Of a stretch of 64,000 nucleotides of DNA, positions 18,467 through 29,180 are shown piece by piece. This DNA comes from Nitrospinales bacterium (GTDB lineage Bacteria > Nitrospinota > Nitrospinia > Nitrospinales > VA-1): assembly GCA_965223345.1 (NCBI GenBank), contig CBDCWG010000012.1, positions 1,472,001-1,536,000 of the forward strand, read 5' to 3'. How positions within the stretch are numbered: position 1 is the stretch's first letter; each line of letters starts with the position of its first letter. The position numbers and the translations under genes are program-made. Below the pieces are notes generated by a model. It was not told where the DNA came from, did no database searches, and saw only the letters and a list, made by a program, of their open reading frames with translations.

Positions 18467-19744
18467 ATGCCTGAAGTCTATAACTGGCAACTGGGCCGGA
18501 TGGCTACTTACGTATACGAAGAGAAGCATCCGAAAGAGCAGTTTACGTTCGTATTCAATACGAACCGCTGCATCGCTTGTCAGACGTGTACGATGGCCCA
18601 TAAATCCACCTGGACCTTCTCCAAGGGCCAGGAGTATATGTGGTGGAACAACGTTGAAACGAAACCTTACGGCGGCTACCCGCAGTTCTGGGATTGGAAA
18701 ATCCTCAAGATGCTTGAGCAGTCCAATCCGGGTCAGAACGTGTGGAACGTTCGTAAGACTTCCAACAAAGCGATCCACGGCGTATACGAAGGCGTGACGA
18801 TTTTCGAAGCGCCTGCCAAGATCGGTCTGAACCAGCAAGCGATCGGTTACGTACCGACGGACGAAGAGTGGCGCTTCCCGAACTTCGGTGAAGACACCGC
18901 TCACGGCCGCGAGTTCACGCAGTCCCGCGAAGGAACCTTCGGCGGCGACAACGGAACGCGTTCGGTGCTGCCCGAGCACAAAATCTGGTTCTTCTATGTA
19001 CAGCGCATTTGCAACCACTGCACGTATCCGGGTTGTCTGGCGGCGTGTCCTCGCAAGGCGATCTACAAGCGCCAGGAGGACGGCATCGTTCTGATCGACC
19101 AGTCTCGCTGCCGCGGTTACAAAAAGTGCGTTGAGCAATGTCCCTACAAAAAGCCGATGTTCCGCGGAACCACCCGGATCTCTGAAAAATGTATCGCCTG
19201 CTACCCGAGGATCGAAGGACTGGATCCGCTGACGGAAGGCGATCAGATGGAGACCCGTTGTATGGCCGCCTGCGTCGGTAAGATTCGCCTTCAGGGTCTT
19301 GTGAAGATAGGCAGCAACGGCGAATGGGCGCACGATCCCGAGAATCCGCAGTATTACCTGATTCGGGACCGCAAAGTCGCTCTGCCGCTGTACCCGCAGC
19401 TGGGCACCGAGCCGAACGGTTACTACGTACCGTCGCGCCACGTACCCAGAGCCTATTCACAGCAGATGTTCGGACCGGGCGTCGATCACGCGATCGATCA
19501 GTACATGGTGCCCGACCGGGATCTGTTGGGAGTCCTTCAGCTCTTTAGGACGACACAGCGCATCATCTTCAAATGGAAACGTGAGCCCGGTCCGAAGATC
19601 TTCGAGACCAACATTCACGGCAAGAAGTTTGAGATGTATAACGATACGATCATCGGGTTCAACCGGAAAGGTAAAGAAGTCATCCGTGTTACGGTTGAAG
19701 AGCCTTTCTACGTACGGCCCGAGGAGCATCCAGGCGCCATCTAA
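18467..19744 (+). CDS. nxrB: Nitrite oxidoreductase beta subunit
   Basis: MPEVYNWQLGR start; CIACQTC, CNHCTYPGCLAACP, CRGYKKCVEQCP, CIACYPR..CMAAC Fe-S motifs. Confidence 0.97.
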   Translation: MPEVYNWQLGRMATYVYEEKHPKEQFTFVFNTNRCIACQTCTMAHKSTWTFSKGQEYMWWNNVETKPYGGYPQFWDWKILKMLEQSNPGQNVWNVRKTSNKAIHGVYEGVTIFEAPAKIGLNQQAIGYVPTDEEWRFPNFGEDTAHGREFTQSREGTFGGDNGTRSVLPEHKIWFFYVQRICNHCTYPGCLAACPRKAIYKRQEDGIVLIDQSRCRGYKKCVEQCPYKKPMFRGTTRISEKCIACYPRIEGLDPLTEGDQMETRCMAACVGKIRLQGLVKIGSNGEWAHDPENPQYYLIRDRKVALPLYPQLGTEPNGYYVPSRHVPRAYSQQMFGPGVDHAIDQYMVPDRDLLGVLQLFRTTQRIIFKWKREPGPKIFETNIHGKKFEMYNDTIIGFNRKGKEVIRVTVEEPFYVRPEEHPGAI

Positions 19745-19876
19745 GGAGTGACCGGAGTGCCGGGGCGGAGGAATCCCTGCCTCTTCTGCCCCGGTGAACC
19801 GGTTGTTGCAAACATATCGGGTTCGACGAACCTTGACAGTTATGCCTAACAGATCTGCTAACGAGGAGAGATTACT

Positions 19877-20878
19877 GTGAACAGGAAGATATTACTCATA
19901 CTCATCATTGCTTTGGTACTTGGAATGTTCGTCTCCAATTCCGGAGCCGCAACTATCCAAGCACTGAAGATTAAGGGCGAAATCCCCAGCAACCCTATGG
20001 ATCCATTCTGGTCCAACTACGGCCCCACCAAGGGAAAACATACGGTCATCGATCTGGATCCTCAGATGATCACCAACCCCATGTGGCCGAACCCTTCGAC
20101 CAAATGGGTCAACGTGAAAGCCGCCAACAACGGCAAGGAAATCGCAATCCGGGTTTCCTGGACCGATGGAACCCGAAACGACATCATGATCCAGTCCCAG
20201 CAGTATAAGGACCAGGCCGCGGTCATGTTTCCTGTGAACCAGTCTGCCGAAGAGCCTCCCTTCACCATGGGTGGAGACGGCGAGCGCGTCAACATCTGGC
20301 AGTGGAAAGCGACCTGGGATAAAGAAGGCGCTGGCAAAGGCGGCAATGAAAATATGCAGGACCTGGAAGATCAGTACCAAAACATGGCCCTGGGAGCCGG
20401 TGGCTATTACATGTATGAACCCGATGGCAATCTCAAAGGCCTCGACACCCAGCATGCTTCCGGCAGCAAATCCAAACGGAACGCAGCGGGCATCGAAACC
20501 GCAGGCACCGGCGATATTTCAAAAAGAAGCACCTACGTCGATTTCGGCATGGGTAAAAATGAAGGGGTGTACAATCCCGGCCGAGCGACGGGCAATATCC
20601 TTTCCGATGCTTCCATGCGCGTATCCCCCATTGAAGACCTGAACGCAGAAGGGTTCAGCACGCTGACCACTCAGGCGAACCAGGATGTTCAGGGTGGAGG
20701 CTACTGGATCAACAACCGTTGGGCCGTCGTTTACAAACGTGCACTCAAAACGGATGATCAGAACGACACGCAGTTTACGAGCGGGAAAACCCCGATCGCA
20801 TTCGCCATTTGGAATGGTCAGAACAAAGAAAGAAACGGCCAGAAAGGCGTCACCCAGTGGCATGAGCTGAAGTACTGA
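19877..20878 (+). CDS. nxrC: Nitrite oxidoreductase gamma subunit candidate (DMSO reductase type II heme-b subunit family)
   Basis: Signal peptide, DQAAVMFP, MG...VNIWQWKA, AFAIWNG...ERNGQK; third gene of the operon. Confidence 0.88.
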   Translation: MNRKILLILIIALVLGMFVSNSGAATIQALKIKGEIPSNPMDPFWSNYGPTKGKHTVIDLDPQMITNPMWPNPSTKWVNVKAANNGKEIAIRVSWTDGTRNDIMIQSQQYKDQAAVMFPVNQSAEEPPFTMGGDGERVNIWQWKATWDKEGAGKGGNENMQDLEDQYQNMALGAGGYYMYEPDGNLKGLDTQHASGSKSKRNAAGIETAGTGDISKRSTYVDFGMGKNEGVYNPGRATGNILSDASMRVSPIEDLNAEGFSTLTTQANQDVQGGGYWINNRWAVVYKRALKTDDQNDTQFTSGKTPIAFAIWNGQNKERNGQKGVTQWHELKY

Positions 20879-20905
20879 GTTGTAATTTTCTCGTAAAATT
20901 TATCT

Positions 20906-20939
20906 GGGGAGGCCCATTCAACCGGGTCTCCCCTTTTTT
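20906..20939 (+). terminator. Rho-independent terminator of nxrABC
   Basis: GGGGAGGCCC...GGGTCTCCCC-TTTTTT. Confidence 0.85.
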
Positions 20940-20955
20940 ATTTAGGTAAGAAATC

Positions 20956-21369
20956 ATGAAAAACTCATACCCTTCGAGAAAAATATTACTTTTGGATAAA
21001 GATATATCTTTCAGGCAATCGGCACACCATCATTTCCAGCAGGAAGGGATCGATCTTTTATTGGCCGAGACTCGGGAGGGTGCGCTGCGAATATTGCATC
21101 AAGACAATACCATGTTGCAAACTTATCTTATATTTTGTGATATATCGGACTCTGAGCCAAACGGCCCTGAATTTGTTCATTTGATGCGTCATCAATCCAT
21201 AGTCATACCAATTATCGCGTTCGTGCGTGAAACAGAAATTCAAAAAGCCGAAGCAATGCTCAGCAAAAAAATAATCAAGAAATACCTTATCAAACCCGTT
21301 TCAAATGAAAAACTCATTCAAACAGCTCGGGATTGGTTATACCGCTCTTATTTTATGCAGGCATCGTGA
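20956..21369 (+). CDS. Single-domain receiver protein, divergent
   Basis: KILLLDKD, IFCDIS, YLIKP. Confidence 0.75.
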   Translation: MKNSYPSRKILLLDKDISFRQSAHHHFQQEGIDLLLAETREGALRILHQDNTMLQTYLIFCDISDSEPNGPEFVHLMRHQSIVIPIIAFVRETEIQKAEAMLSKKIIKKYLIKPVSNEKLIQTARDWLYRSYFMQAS

Positions 21370-21463
21370 GTATTTTGATAATGGAGTGAAAATTAAAAGC
21401 TCCGCACTTTGGGCCGGGGGTAGCGCAATATCATGAGACCGGGGTTCATAAAGTTGCGACAAG

Positions 21464-23968
21464 CTAAAGCGGTTTTCGATTGGTGAATGCTTCACGCTGT
21501 TGTTGCTGGCGGATGCGTTGTTGCGTTTGCTGTTGTTTGTTCGCCAACTGGCTATGGCGCGAGCTTTGTTTCCGATTTCCTTGGGCAGAGTACAACTGGC
21601 TCAAAAGCCGATGGTGATCGATCAGAAGACCACGAACGCTGCGTCCTCCCTTGCGTGTCCCCGGCATATCCGTCGTATCCACAACCGTATCCCAATCTTT
21701 CACCGGCACCCGTTGCGCGAGAAGCAGAGCACTTTCGCTAACGGCGATTGCGTTAGCCAGGTCGGTGTCACGCAACGCGCGTGCGGCGAAAAACCGCATC
21801 TGTATGGACAATCCCGCATCCCCGGAGTTCAGCTCCCCCTTCGCATTGGGTAACAGTGAGCGGCCTGCCACCTTGGCTTTCGCGCCTTCTAAGGCCAAGG
21901 TGAGCTGACTGGCCACAATCACGCCTTGAGTGTCGTTGAGTCCTGCAAATGCGACGGCTCTGTAAGCGGGAATCAGGCTTGCGCCGGGATCGACCTTTTC
22001 AGCCTCGTCGAGTTGCTTCAGAGCGCTCCGGTAGCGGGTTTCCTTCACCAACTTGAACACGGGGCGGAGTTGTACTCTTGCAGAGGTGCCCATTAGAGAA
22101 GCCAGCCACCCTTGCCATCGATCGCGTAATTCGTAGGTGTGGGTGCCGGTGGCCAGATCGATCATCATTTCGATGGCGTCGAAATTGTACGGATCGACCT
22201 TCAATGCCGATTTGATGGCGCCTCCTGATTGTCCCAGATCACCGAGCCAGTGATAATAAACCGCATTGGCCAGATCGTGAGTGATTTTTTGCGATGCATT
22301 CCCCTTAGTGGCGCCGGCGACGCGTTTCAATGCGACCGGAGCCTGACGGCGGTAATCCTGGGCCTGCCGATCCAGTTGATCGGCTTGAGCCAGCTGGCTG
22401 GGTGATGGGTGAGTGGTTATCTTATAGCGTCCATCCGAACGGTCTTCGTATCGAACACTGGGTTGGCGCAATTGTGCGGCTAGGTCGTTCAGAACTCGGG
22501 CACCCGAGGTGTAATAATCGAGATAAAGCCGCGCCATATCCAGATCGACGGCTTGTATTGCCAACGCGCGTTTGACATAAGGTTGCATGCGGTCGAGATC
22601 ATGCTTCATTCGCAATGCAAGCGCGTAGGCACGCAGCGCACCGTGGTGGTTGGCATTGATCTGCAGGGCGCGTTTGAGTAACGGGATCGCTAAGCCGGGA
22701 TCACCGCGAAATACCCAGGGCACCGCGTACACGGTTTTGCCGCCAGACTCGCGCCATTCATCGCGGAGCGGCAACAAAACCTTTTTAGGGTTGCCCTTCT
22801 GGTCCATCACCTGTCGCGTGGCCAACGGCCGGAGATAGAATTGAGCCAGCGCCACCAAAGGATCCGGATTGTTTGGGGAGGCAGATATCGACCGTTTCAG
22901 TTCCGCCACTCGGTCCGCATACACTTCTTCACGATTCCAGTTTTTCGCCCGCCGCGCCTGCACAAGTGGAATGGCAAGATCGATCAGTTTTGGTAAAGTC
23001 TTTCCAGACCGGATGCTTGATTTCAGCTGGGCCAGGGCATCGCCGGGATTGGCCGCAATGACGTTTGTCGTTTTTTTCCTTTCAATGATTGAAAAGATGT
23101 TTTCCCGAAAGGCCGAAGCCGACTTAGGGTCGATCGCCTCTGCAGCCGCGAAGTCGCGTTGCGCGCGATCGGCATCACCCATCAGAGCGGCGGCCCGGGC
23201 ACGCCCAAGCAGAGCGTAGGAGTGATTGGGTTGTAATTCGAGCACACGCGAATATTCCTTGCGCGCGAGTGCATAGTTTTTATGGTAAAGTCGGCAGGAT
23301 GCGGAGATATAGAGTAACTTTACATGGTTTGGATTGCCGGCCCGAATGGCTTCTATGAGATTCCAGGAAGCATCGTATTTTTTCTGGTTGTAGAGATCGA
23401 TCGCTCGTTGCAACAGATGCGGCCAGGCGAACGGTTTGATCATCTGTTGACGTGCAAACGCTCTGGATAGAGCAGGGATCTGGGTCAGCGACCTGAGTTT
23501 TCTTTGCGGGTCGGATTGTGTGCTGGCACGGTGGATGGCATCGATCAGCGCTCGTGTGTAGGGCGAGCGCACATCATAGGGTGGATTCGGATTGGTGCCC
23601 GGCGGCTTGAACAGGGCGTCCGCGGCGAACTGCCAAAGTTTTATTTCCTGATTGCGGGAATCAAGACGGCGTGCCCGGGTCAAGCTGGCATCGACCTGGG
23701 ATTTTCCCTGCGCAATACGAGCCACCGCCAAAGCCAGGTGCGCATCCGATTGTTCGTCGTCAATTTGAATCGTTTTGACGAATGATTCCTCAGCATCCTG
23801 AAACCTGTCTTCAACCAGGGCCTCCAACCCGCGTACAAATTCACTGACGGCGGTATCGGCAGGCTGAGCGCTCGCAACCCCCGTCACACTCAAATAGAGG
23901 GCCAATACCGTCCAACACACCGGGAACAATCTGTATTTGATCCTGATCACTGCCTTGTCACAAAGCAA
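21464..23968 (-). CDS. Secreted TPR-repeat protein
   Basis: Signal peptide (ASA-Q), multiple TPR-like helices, Gln-rich C-terminus; start uncertain. Confidence 0.8.
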   Translation of the reverse strand: MLCDKAVIRIKYRLFPVCWTVLALYLSVTGVASAQPADTAVSEFVRGLEALVEDRFQDAEESFVKTIQIDDEQSDAHLALAVARIAQGKSQVDASLTRARRLDSRNQEIKLWQFAADALFKPPGTNPNPPYDVRSPYTRALIDAIHRASTQSDPQRKLRSLTQIPALSRAFARQQMIKPFAWPHLLQRAIDLYNQKKYDASWNLIEAIRAGNPNHVKLLYISASCRLYHKNYALARKEYSRVLELQPNHSYALLGRARAAALMGDADRAQRDFAAAEAIDPKSASAFRENIFSIIERKKTTNVIAANPGDALAQLKSSIRSGKTLPKLIDLAIPLVQARRAKNWNREEVYADRVAELKRSISASPNNPDPLVALAQFYLRPLATRQVMDQKGNPKKVLLPLRDEWRESGGKTVYAVPWVFRGDPGLAIPLLKRALQINANHHGALRAYALALRMKHDLDRMQPYVKRALAIQAVDLDMARLYLDYYTSGARVLNDLAAQLRQPSVRYEDRSDGRYKITTHPSPSQLAQADQLDRQAQDYRRQAPVALKRVAGATKGNASQKITHDLANAVYYHWLGDLGQSGGAIKSALKVDPYNFDAIEMMIDLATGTHTYELRDRWQGWLASLMGTSARVQLRPVFKLVKETRYRSALKQLDEAEKVDPGASLIPAYRAVAFAGLNDTQGVIVASQLTLALEGAKAKVAGRSLLPNAKGELNSGDAGLSIQMRFFAARALRDTDLANAIAVSESALLLAQRVPVKDWDTVVDTTDMPGTRKGGRSVRGLLIDHHRLLSQLYSAQGNRKQSSRHSQLANKQQQTQQRIRQQQQREAFTNRKPL

Positions 23969-24308
23969 AACGGGCGATTTTTCTTAAAACCGGGAAACCT
24001 GACACCGTTTTTTAGCGTTGACTTTGTATTGAAATCGATGCGCCCATAATAACCCATATCGGGAGGTGGGCGCATGTCGAAATGGATTGCTATTTATTCC
24101 GGAATGAGATCGAAGGCCACTTTAACCGACTGAAATCAAACCTTATATAGGTGATATGGCTTTCAGGTTGAGCTGGTGTTTGAGGTCGAAACGGGTAATT
24201 ATCCCCCATACGCTCAAGCAGAGCGCTGCGCCCGGAAATTGCGGAAGCTCGCAAAATTCGTGAAGCCCCGTCTATAGATAAGATAGTCTATGTCTGCGCA
24301 GAGTATTT

Positions 24309-24947
24309 TCAACTGTCACGTGAGCAAATACTCAGCAGCCGGAGGGGTGTTTTCAGTTTGCCTCGGTATCCGGCAGCTGAAAATGAAAGTTTGGCGGATA
24401 CTTCGGCGATTCTCGATTGGGCCAGTTTTCTTATATAAAGGATGAGCTGCCATATTTCCTCATCTTCCAGTTTGGAAAAGGCGGGCATTCCGGTTCCCGG
24501 AGATCCGTTGCGGATGATCCAGAACAGCTGACCGTCGGGGACATCCCCGATGGTGTTGGCGCAGGTAAAATCTCTCGGCTTTGGATTCAGTTGGACGGAC
24601 AGGGGGCCGCGGCCATCTCCTTTCAATCCATGACAAAGTTTGCAGGCCCGGGGCTTGGCTTTTTCCTCAAAGAGAGCTTTGCCCATCAAAACGTTCTCCA
24701 TGGTGGAGTCTAGCGGATTGACTTTTTTATAGATCTCATCGGGAGCTTTTTGGGTTTTTCTCGGTTGCGGACAATCCATCGCAGAGAGAGGAGAGCTATA
24801 CAGGGTCAGGGTCAGCAAGCTGGCAAGGAGAATGGCATTTCCGGAAAATCCAACGACGCTGCTGGTTTTAAGAATCCGTTCTCGAAAATTTTTGTGTGCT
24901 GAAATCGGTGTCTTGGGGAATGATGTCTGTTTCATCGCTGCCTTCAT
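24309..24947 (-). CDS. Monoheme class I cytochrome c
   Basis: CKLCHG..GDG.GP, PRDFT, GSPGTGMPAF, IWQL. Confidence 0.9.
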   Translation of the reverse strand: MKAAMKQTSFPKTPISAHKNFRERILKTSSVVGFSGNAILLASLLTLTLYSSPLSAMDCPQPRKTQKAPDEIYKKVNPLDSTMENVLMGKALFEEKAKPRACKLCHGLKGDGRGPLSVQLNPKPRDFTCANTIGDVPDGQLFWIIRNGSPGTGMPAFSKLEDEEIWQLILYIRKLAQSRIAEVSAKLSFSAAGYRGKLKTPLRLLSICSRDS

Positions 24948-25105
24948 TGTGATGGGTTTTCAAACAACCCTGGTTTCAATGGGGTTCTGTTAGGATCCTG
25001 TCCGTGGATTGAAACAGGTTGAATATGCTTTAGCGATCGATTGGCAAATCTGATAAATGAGATACGTGCTGTCATACTATTCGGTCAAGGTTTCTAAAGA
25101 GAAGG

Positions 25106-26734
25106 TCATCGTTTCACTAAATGCGCGTCCGCCCACCTGAGTTTTTCTCCCAGGCCCACAGCCAGGTTCCGGTAAAGAACCACACCGATATCCGGCCGCA
25201 GACGCACAAGCTCTGCCAGAGATTCGCCTGAAAGTGTGGCCGCCAACACCGGTTCTTCAGCGGTGATGGTTGCGGAATGGGGTTCACAGGTCAACAGCGA
25301 GATCTCCCCGACCGCATCGCCTGTAGACACCTGTCCCACTTTCTGCTCGGGGCCGGCCATGGACACCTTCGCTTTCCCTTCGATCATTAAATGCATGCAC
25401 GAAGAAGGATCACCCTGGGAGAACAGTGCTTCTCCCCGTTTGAAGTGAGACAGGGTGCAGGTTCCGGCGACGCGCTTTGTCTGTTCTTCCGTGAGGCCGG
25501 TAAACAGTTTTATCCGATTCACAGCCTCGGCGATCGCGGGCAAAACTTCTTTGCGTGTGAATGAATGGATCACCGATTCCGCTATCGGACGCATCTCCGG
25601 AATCAACTCGATGGATCCGGTGTTGAAGGATGGCAAAATGCGGACCATGCGCAACACATCGACGCGCTCGACATCACAAAACACCATTGCGGGGAGATAG
25701 GCCGCCGGCAGAAACCCCAGTTCGAGCAGCGTTCTTTGCATACGAGGGGCCTTCGTGCTGACATCCACTTCCACGTAGTCCACCTCCCATTTATTCTGGC
25801 AAAGATCCAGCAAATGCTCCAAAAGATACCGGATGGCTTCATCGCCGTTGGTGATCAATTCGAAAATTCGCAGGTTTCGTTCCAGCTCATCGTGAATGTA
25901 TCCGATGGCTCCGGCGACGGGGCCCGGGCCTGCACGCGTTTTCCCTCTGGCAACCAGGTAGGTGGCGTGACTTTTTGTCAGGCGGAAAAAACCATACTGC
26001 AGGCGCATGGGCCCGAAGATCTCCCGGTTGCGGACCCGACCGCGCTCGATTCGCAGCAAACTGGGGAGCCCTTCGGAAGTCAATTTCTCCAATTCAAAAT
26101 CACCCTGGTGCGGGTAGGGGAGGGCCTCTTCGTCGATGATGGCGTCAAATTCGAGTCCGCAGTTTGCCAGAGACAGGTGAGCGAGGATGTGTGCCTCGGG
26201 TATGATGCGGGGATGGTTCGCCCGCAAGTTCAGCGCGTCGCCAAAGTGTTGAACGAAAAGAGCCATGCTTTCCCGATGACGAAAATAAAGCTTGAGCGGC
26301 AACAGGCCCGCCGGCGAAAATCCGTGCGACAGTGAGATGCTCTGGGAATGGGTGTGCACGGTTCGATTTTCCACGATCCCTACATGCAAGCGGGACTTCA
26401 CACATTCGATGCGTGCATCCATGAGTGCCTTGCCGATGCCATCGCACCTGGCATCCTGGCGCACCACCAGTCGCCCGAATTCGCCCACCAGATCGGAATA
26501 AGCGCCGGTCTCGAAAATCACCGATGCGGTGCCCAGTATTTCTTTGCTTTCGGAATGTTCCGCGACCAGCATTAAAATATCCTCGTTAAACACAGAGCGT
26601 TTTAACCAATCCACATCATAAAAATAAGGATAGGGATAATCGCCGCTGTAGACACTTTTGAAAATATCGCGGATCGCAGGTACATCTTCTTCCCGAGCTT
26701 CTCGCACAGAAAAACATTTATTGTTTTTTTTCAT
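25106..26734 (-). CDS. GNAT acetyltransferase-like + C-terminal cNMP-binding domain protein
   Basis: VREA..ED, GRLVV...AR..GIG acetyl-CoA motif; LFSQGD, GEISLL..EPHSAT. Confidence 0.85.
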   Translation of the reverse strand: MKKNNKCFSVREAREEDVPAIRDIFKSVYSGDYPYPYFYDVDWLKRSVFNEDILMLVAEHSESKEILGTASVIFETGAYSDLVGEFGRLVVRQDARCDGIGKALMDARIECVKSRLHVGIVENRTVHTHSQSISLSHGFSPAGLLPLKLYFRHRESMALFVQHFGDALNLRANHPRIIPEAHILAHLSLANCGLEFDAIIDEEALPYPHQGDFELEKLTSEGLPSLLRIERGRVRNREIFGPMRLQYGFFRLTKSHATYLVARGKTRAGPGPVAGAIGYIHDELERNLRIFELITNGDEAIRYLLEHLLDLCQNKWEVDYVEVDVSTKAPRMQRTLLELGFLPAAYLPAMVFCDVERVDVLRMVRILPSFNTGSIELIPEMRPIAESVIHSFTRKEVLPAIAEAVNRIKLFTGLTEEQTKRVAGTCTLSHFKRGEALFSQGDPSSCMHLMIEGKAKVSMAGPEQKVGQVSTGDAVGEISLLTCEPHSATITAEEPVLAATLSGESLAELVRLRPDIGVVLYRNLAVGLGEKLRWADAHLVKR

Positions 26735-26744
26735 GGTGATCCAC

Positions 26745-27938
26745 TCACTTGTTTAAATAAACTCCAGCCAGCTTTGCGATCTGGACAAACCAGGCCGCAG
26801 CGGTTGCCAGGGCTCGCTCGTCGAAATCGAAACGGCTGGAATGTGCGGGGAACCCTTCCCGCCCGGGAACCTGCGCTCCGAAACGGATGTAGGCCCCGGG
26901 AACGTGACGGAGGTAGTAGGAAAAGTCCTCACCTCCCATATTGGCGGTGCGGAGTGGCTGAACCCCTTCTTCCCCCACCACGTTCACAGCCGCTTCTCTG
27001 GCCAGCTGTGTCATTTCCGGCGTGTTGATCACAGGAGGCGTGCCGGAAGAAACTTTCACCTCGATCCGGGCTCCGTGCAATTGTCCGATGGCTTGAGCGA
27101 TGCGAGTGATGGCTTTTTGCAAATGTTCCCGCACGCTGTCGCTTTGCGCCCGAATCGTTCCCTCCAAAATGGCGTTTCCGGCGATGACATTGGCGGCGGT
27201 TCCGGAATGAAAACGGCCCACCGAAATGACCGACGGATGGGCAGGGTCCACTTCCCGTGAGACGATCGTCTGGATCGCGGTCACCAGAAGACTTCCGACC
27301 ACCACCGCATCGATGGTTTCATGGGGCCGGGCTCCGTGTCCCTGTTGCCCCTGGATGGAGATCTCAAACACATCGGTGGACGCATTCACCGCACCTTCCG
27401 TCACAACGAGCGTTCCCGGTGGATGGTGCCGGTCCAGGTGTCCGCCGAATATCATGCCCACATTTTCCAGGACACCTCGCAAGATCATGGACTTGGCGCC
27501 GTTTCCGATCTCTTCCGCCGGCTGCCAGATCAAGCGAACCGGCAGTGGAGGAGGCGCTCCCTTTGCGAGGATCTCCGCCGCTCCCAGAAGCATGCTGCTG
27601 TGCCCGTCGTGACCGCAAGCGTGCATGACCCCTTTGTAGATGGAGCTGAAAGCGAGACCCGTTTCCTCCTGGATCGGAAGTCCGTCCATGTCCGCTCTCA
27701 GGGCGATAAACGGACCCTCGGCTTTGCCTGGAATTTCAGCCACCACGCCATGTCCCGCCACACCGGACTGAGCATGGATTCCAATTCGCTTGAGATGCTC
27801 AACGATGCGTTTGGCCGTTTGCTTTTCCTGCCCGCTCAGTTCCGGGTGGCGGTGAAGATCCCGTCGCAGAGAAACCATTTCTCTGAATACCTCTTCAGAA
27901 ACCCCTGCATGGAATACGATCGAATCGTCCATGATCAA
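26745..27938 (-). CDS. M20D amidohydrolase
   Basis: RRDLH.HPELS, RADMD.LP, MHACGHDGH, QPAEE, GEDFS. Confidence 0.93.
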   Translation of the reverse strand: MIMDDSIVFHAGVSEEVFREMVSLRRDLHRHPELSGQEKQTAKRIVEHLKRIGIHAQSGVAGHGVVAEIPGKAEGPFIALRADMDGLPIQEETGLAFSSIYKGVMHACGHDGHSSMLLGAAEILAKGAPPPLPVRLIWQPAEEIGNGAKSMILRGVLENVGMIFGGHLDRHHPPGTLVVTEGAVNASTDVFEISIQGQQGHGARPHETIDAVVVGSLLVTAIQTIVSREVDPAHPSVISVGRFHSGTAANVIAGNAILEGTIRAQSDSVREHLQKAITRIAQAIGQLHGARIEVKVSSGTPPVINTPEMTQLAREAAVNVVGEEGVQPLRTANMGGEDFSYYLRHVPGAYIRFGAQVPGREGFPAHSSRFDFDERALATAAAWFVQIAKLAGVYLNK

Positions 27939-28071
27939 CTCTCGAAAAGTTTTGTGAATAAATTAGCAGGCCATTCCACTTGCAAGAAACGAGTGAAAGG
28001 TGTTTTTTATTTTTTCGCTTCGTGCTCATAGCTCTCGCGTTGCGGGAAATTGACCGATCACGCGTTCCCCG

Positions 28072-29178
28072 TCACATATGAGCCCGGTACGTCATGGCGT
28101 CTGTGATCCGTTCACGGGCCATCTTCAAAGCCAGTTCGTGCGGAGCCAGGTCTTCCTCTTTCAGTCTTTTGAGCAACTCCACGGTGTTGGCATGGATCGT
28201 TTCACGCACGCGGTCGAAGGCGTTGGCCTGCGTTTGCTTCTGATACTCGGCAGCGGCGCAGATCACCCCTCCGCTGTTGGCGATGACGTCCGGAACGATG
28301 TGAATGCCGCGTTTGTATATTTTTTCTGCCGCCTCATGGGTGATGGGAATGTTGGCGCCTTCCAGGATCAATCGGGTTTGCAAAAGAGCCTGGTTCGCCT
28401 CGGTGAACACATCCGGGCGGGCGGCAGGGATGAAGATGTCCGATTCGAGTCTCAGGATTTCGTCGCGTTGCAGGGCTTTGCCATCCGGGAACCGATCGAC
28501 TTTTTCACCGCTCTGCTGGAATTCGATCAGTTTATCCACATCGAGACCGTCTGCATTGTGAATGGCGCCTTGAGAATCGCAGGTCGCGATGAGCCGGCAT
28601 CCTTTCTCAGAGAGAAAGCGCGCCGCGGCCCGTCCTACATTGCCGAAACCCTGGACGATCACACGCGCGCCTTCCAGGGTGAGTCCGATTTGCGGGGCGG
28701 CCACTTCACAGGCCACACTCAAACCGAACCCCGTCATGCCCAGGCTGTCCAGCGGCAACCCGCCGAGCACTTTCGGCAGTCCCACGGCGCGCCCGATTTC
28801 ATCGAGGATGAAGGCCATAGAACGTTCGTCGGTTCCCATGTCCGGGCCCGGGATGTAATCCGTCAGAGTTTTGATGGCGCTGGCGAAAGACCGGATGATT
28901 TCCTCCTTGTTCTCCGACCGCGGATCCGCAATGATCGCCGACTTTGCGCCTCCGTGGGGCAGGTTCGCCAATGCGTTTTTCAGGGTCATTGCGCGCGCCA
29001 GGCGAAAGACCTCCAGCGTGCTGACGTCGATGGCCATGCGGCAGCCGCCGATGGCAGGACCCATCGACAGATTGTCGATCACCACGATGGAGCGGAGTTT
29101 GGATTTGGGTTCGTAAATGTGAACGATCTTTTCAGGACCCAACTCATCTGCGAAATCGTCGATGTAGGTTCTGTTCAT
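28072..29178 (-). CDS. Glu/Leu/Phe/Val dehydrogenase
   Basis: GGCR, MTLK, GGAK, PGPDMGT, GFGNVG, EGAN, PD..ANSGGV; real start likely ATG 29178. Confidence 0.93.
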   Translation of the reverse strand: MNRTYIDDFADELGPEKIVHIYEPKSKLRSIVVIDNLSMGPAIGGCRMAIDVSTLEVFRLARAMTLKNALANLPHGGAKSAIIADPRSENKEEIIRSFASAIKTLTDYIPGPDMGTDERSMAFILDEIGRAVGLPKVLGGLPLDSLGMTGFGLSVACEVAAPQIGLTLEGARVIVQGFGNVGRAAARFLSEKGCRLIATCDSQGAIHNADGLDVDKLIEFQQSGEKVDRFPDGKALQRDEILRLESDIFIPAARPDVFTEANQALLQTRLILEGANIPITHEAAEKIYKRGIHIVPDVIANSGGVICAAAEYQKQTQANAFDRVRETIHANTVELLKRLKEEDLAPHELALKMARERITDAMTYRAHM

Positions 29179-29180
29179 TT

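Noticed and set aside
15005..19460. Long antisense ORFs over nxrA/nxrB (471, 313, 375 aa)
   Set aside because: Shadow frames from the strong codon bias of highly expressed genes; no motifs
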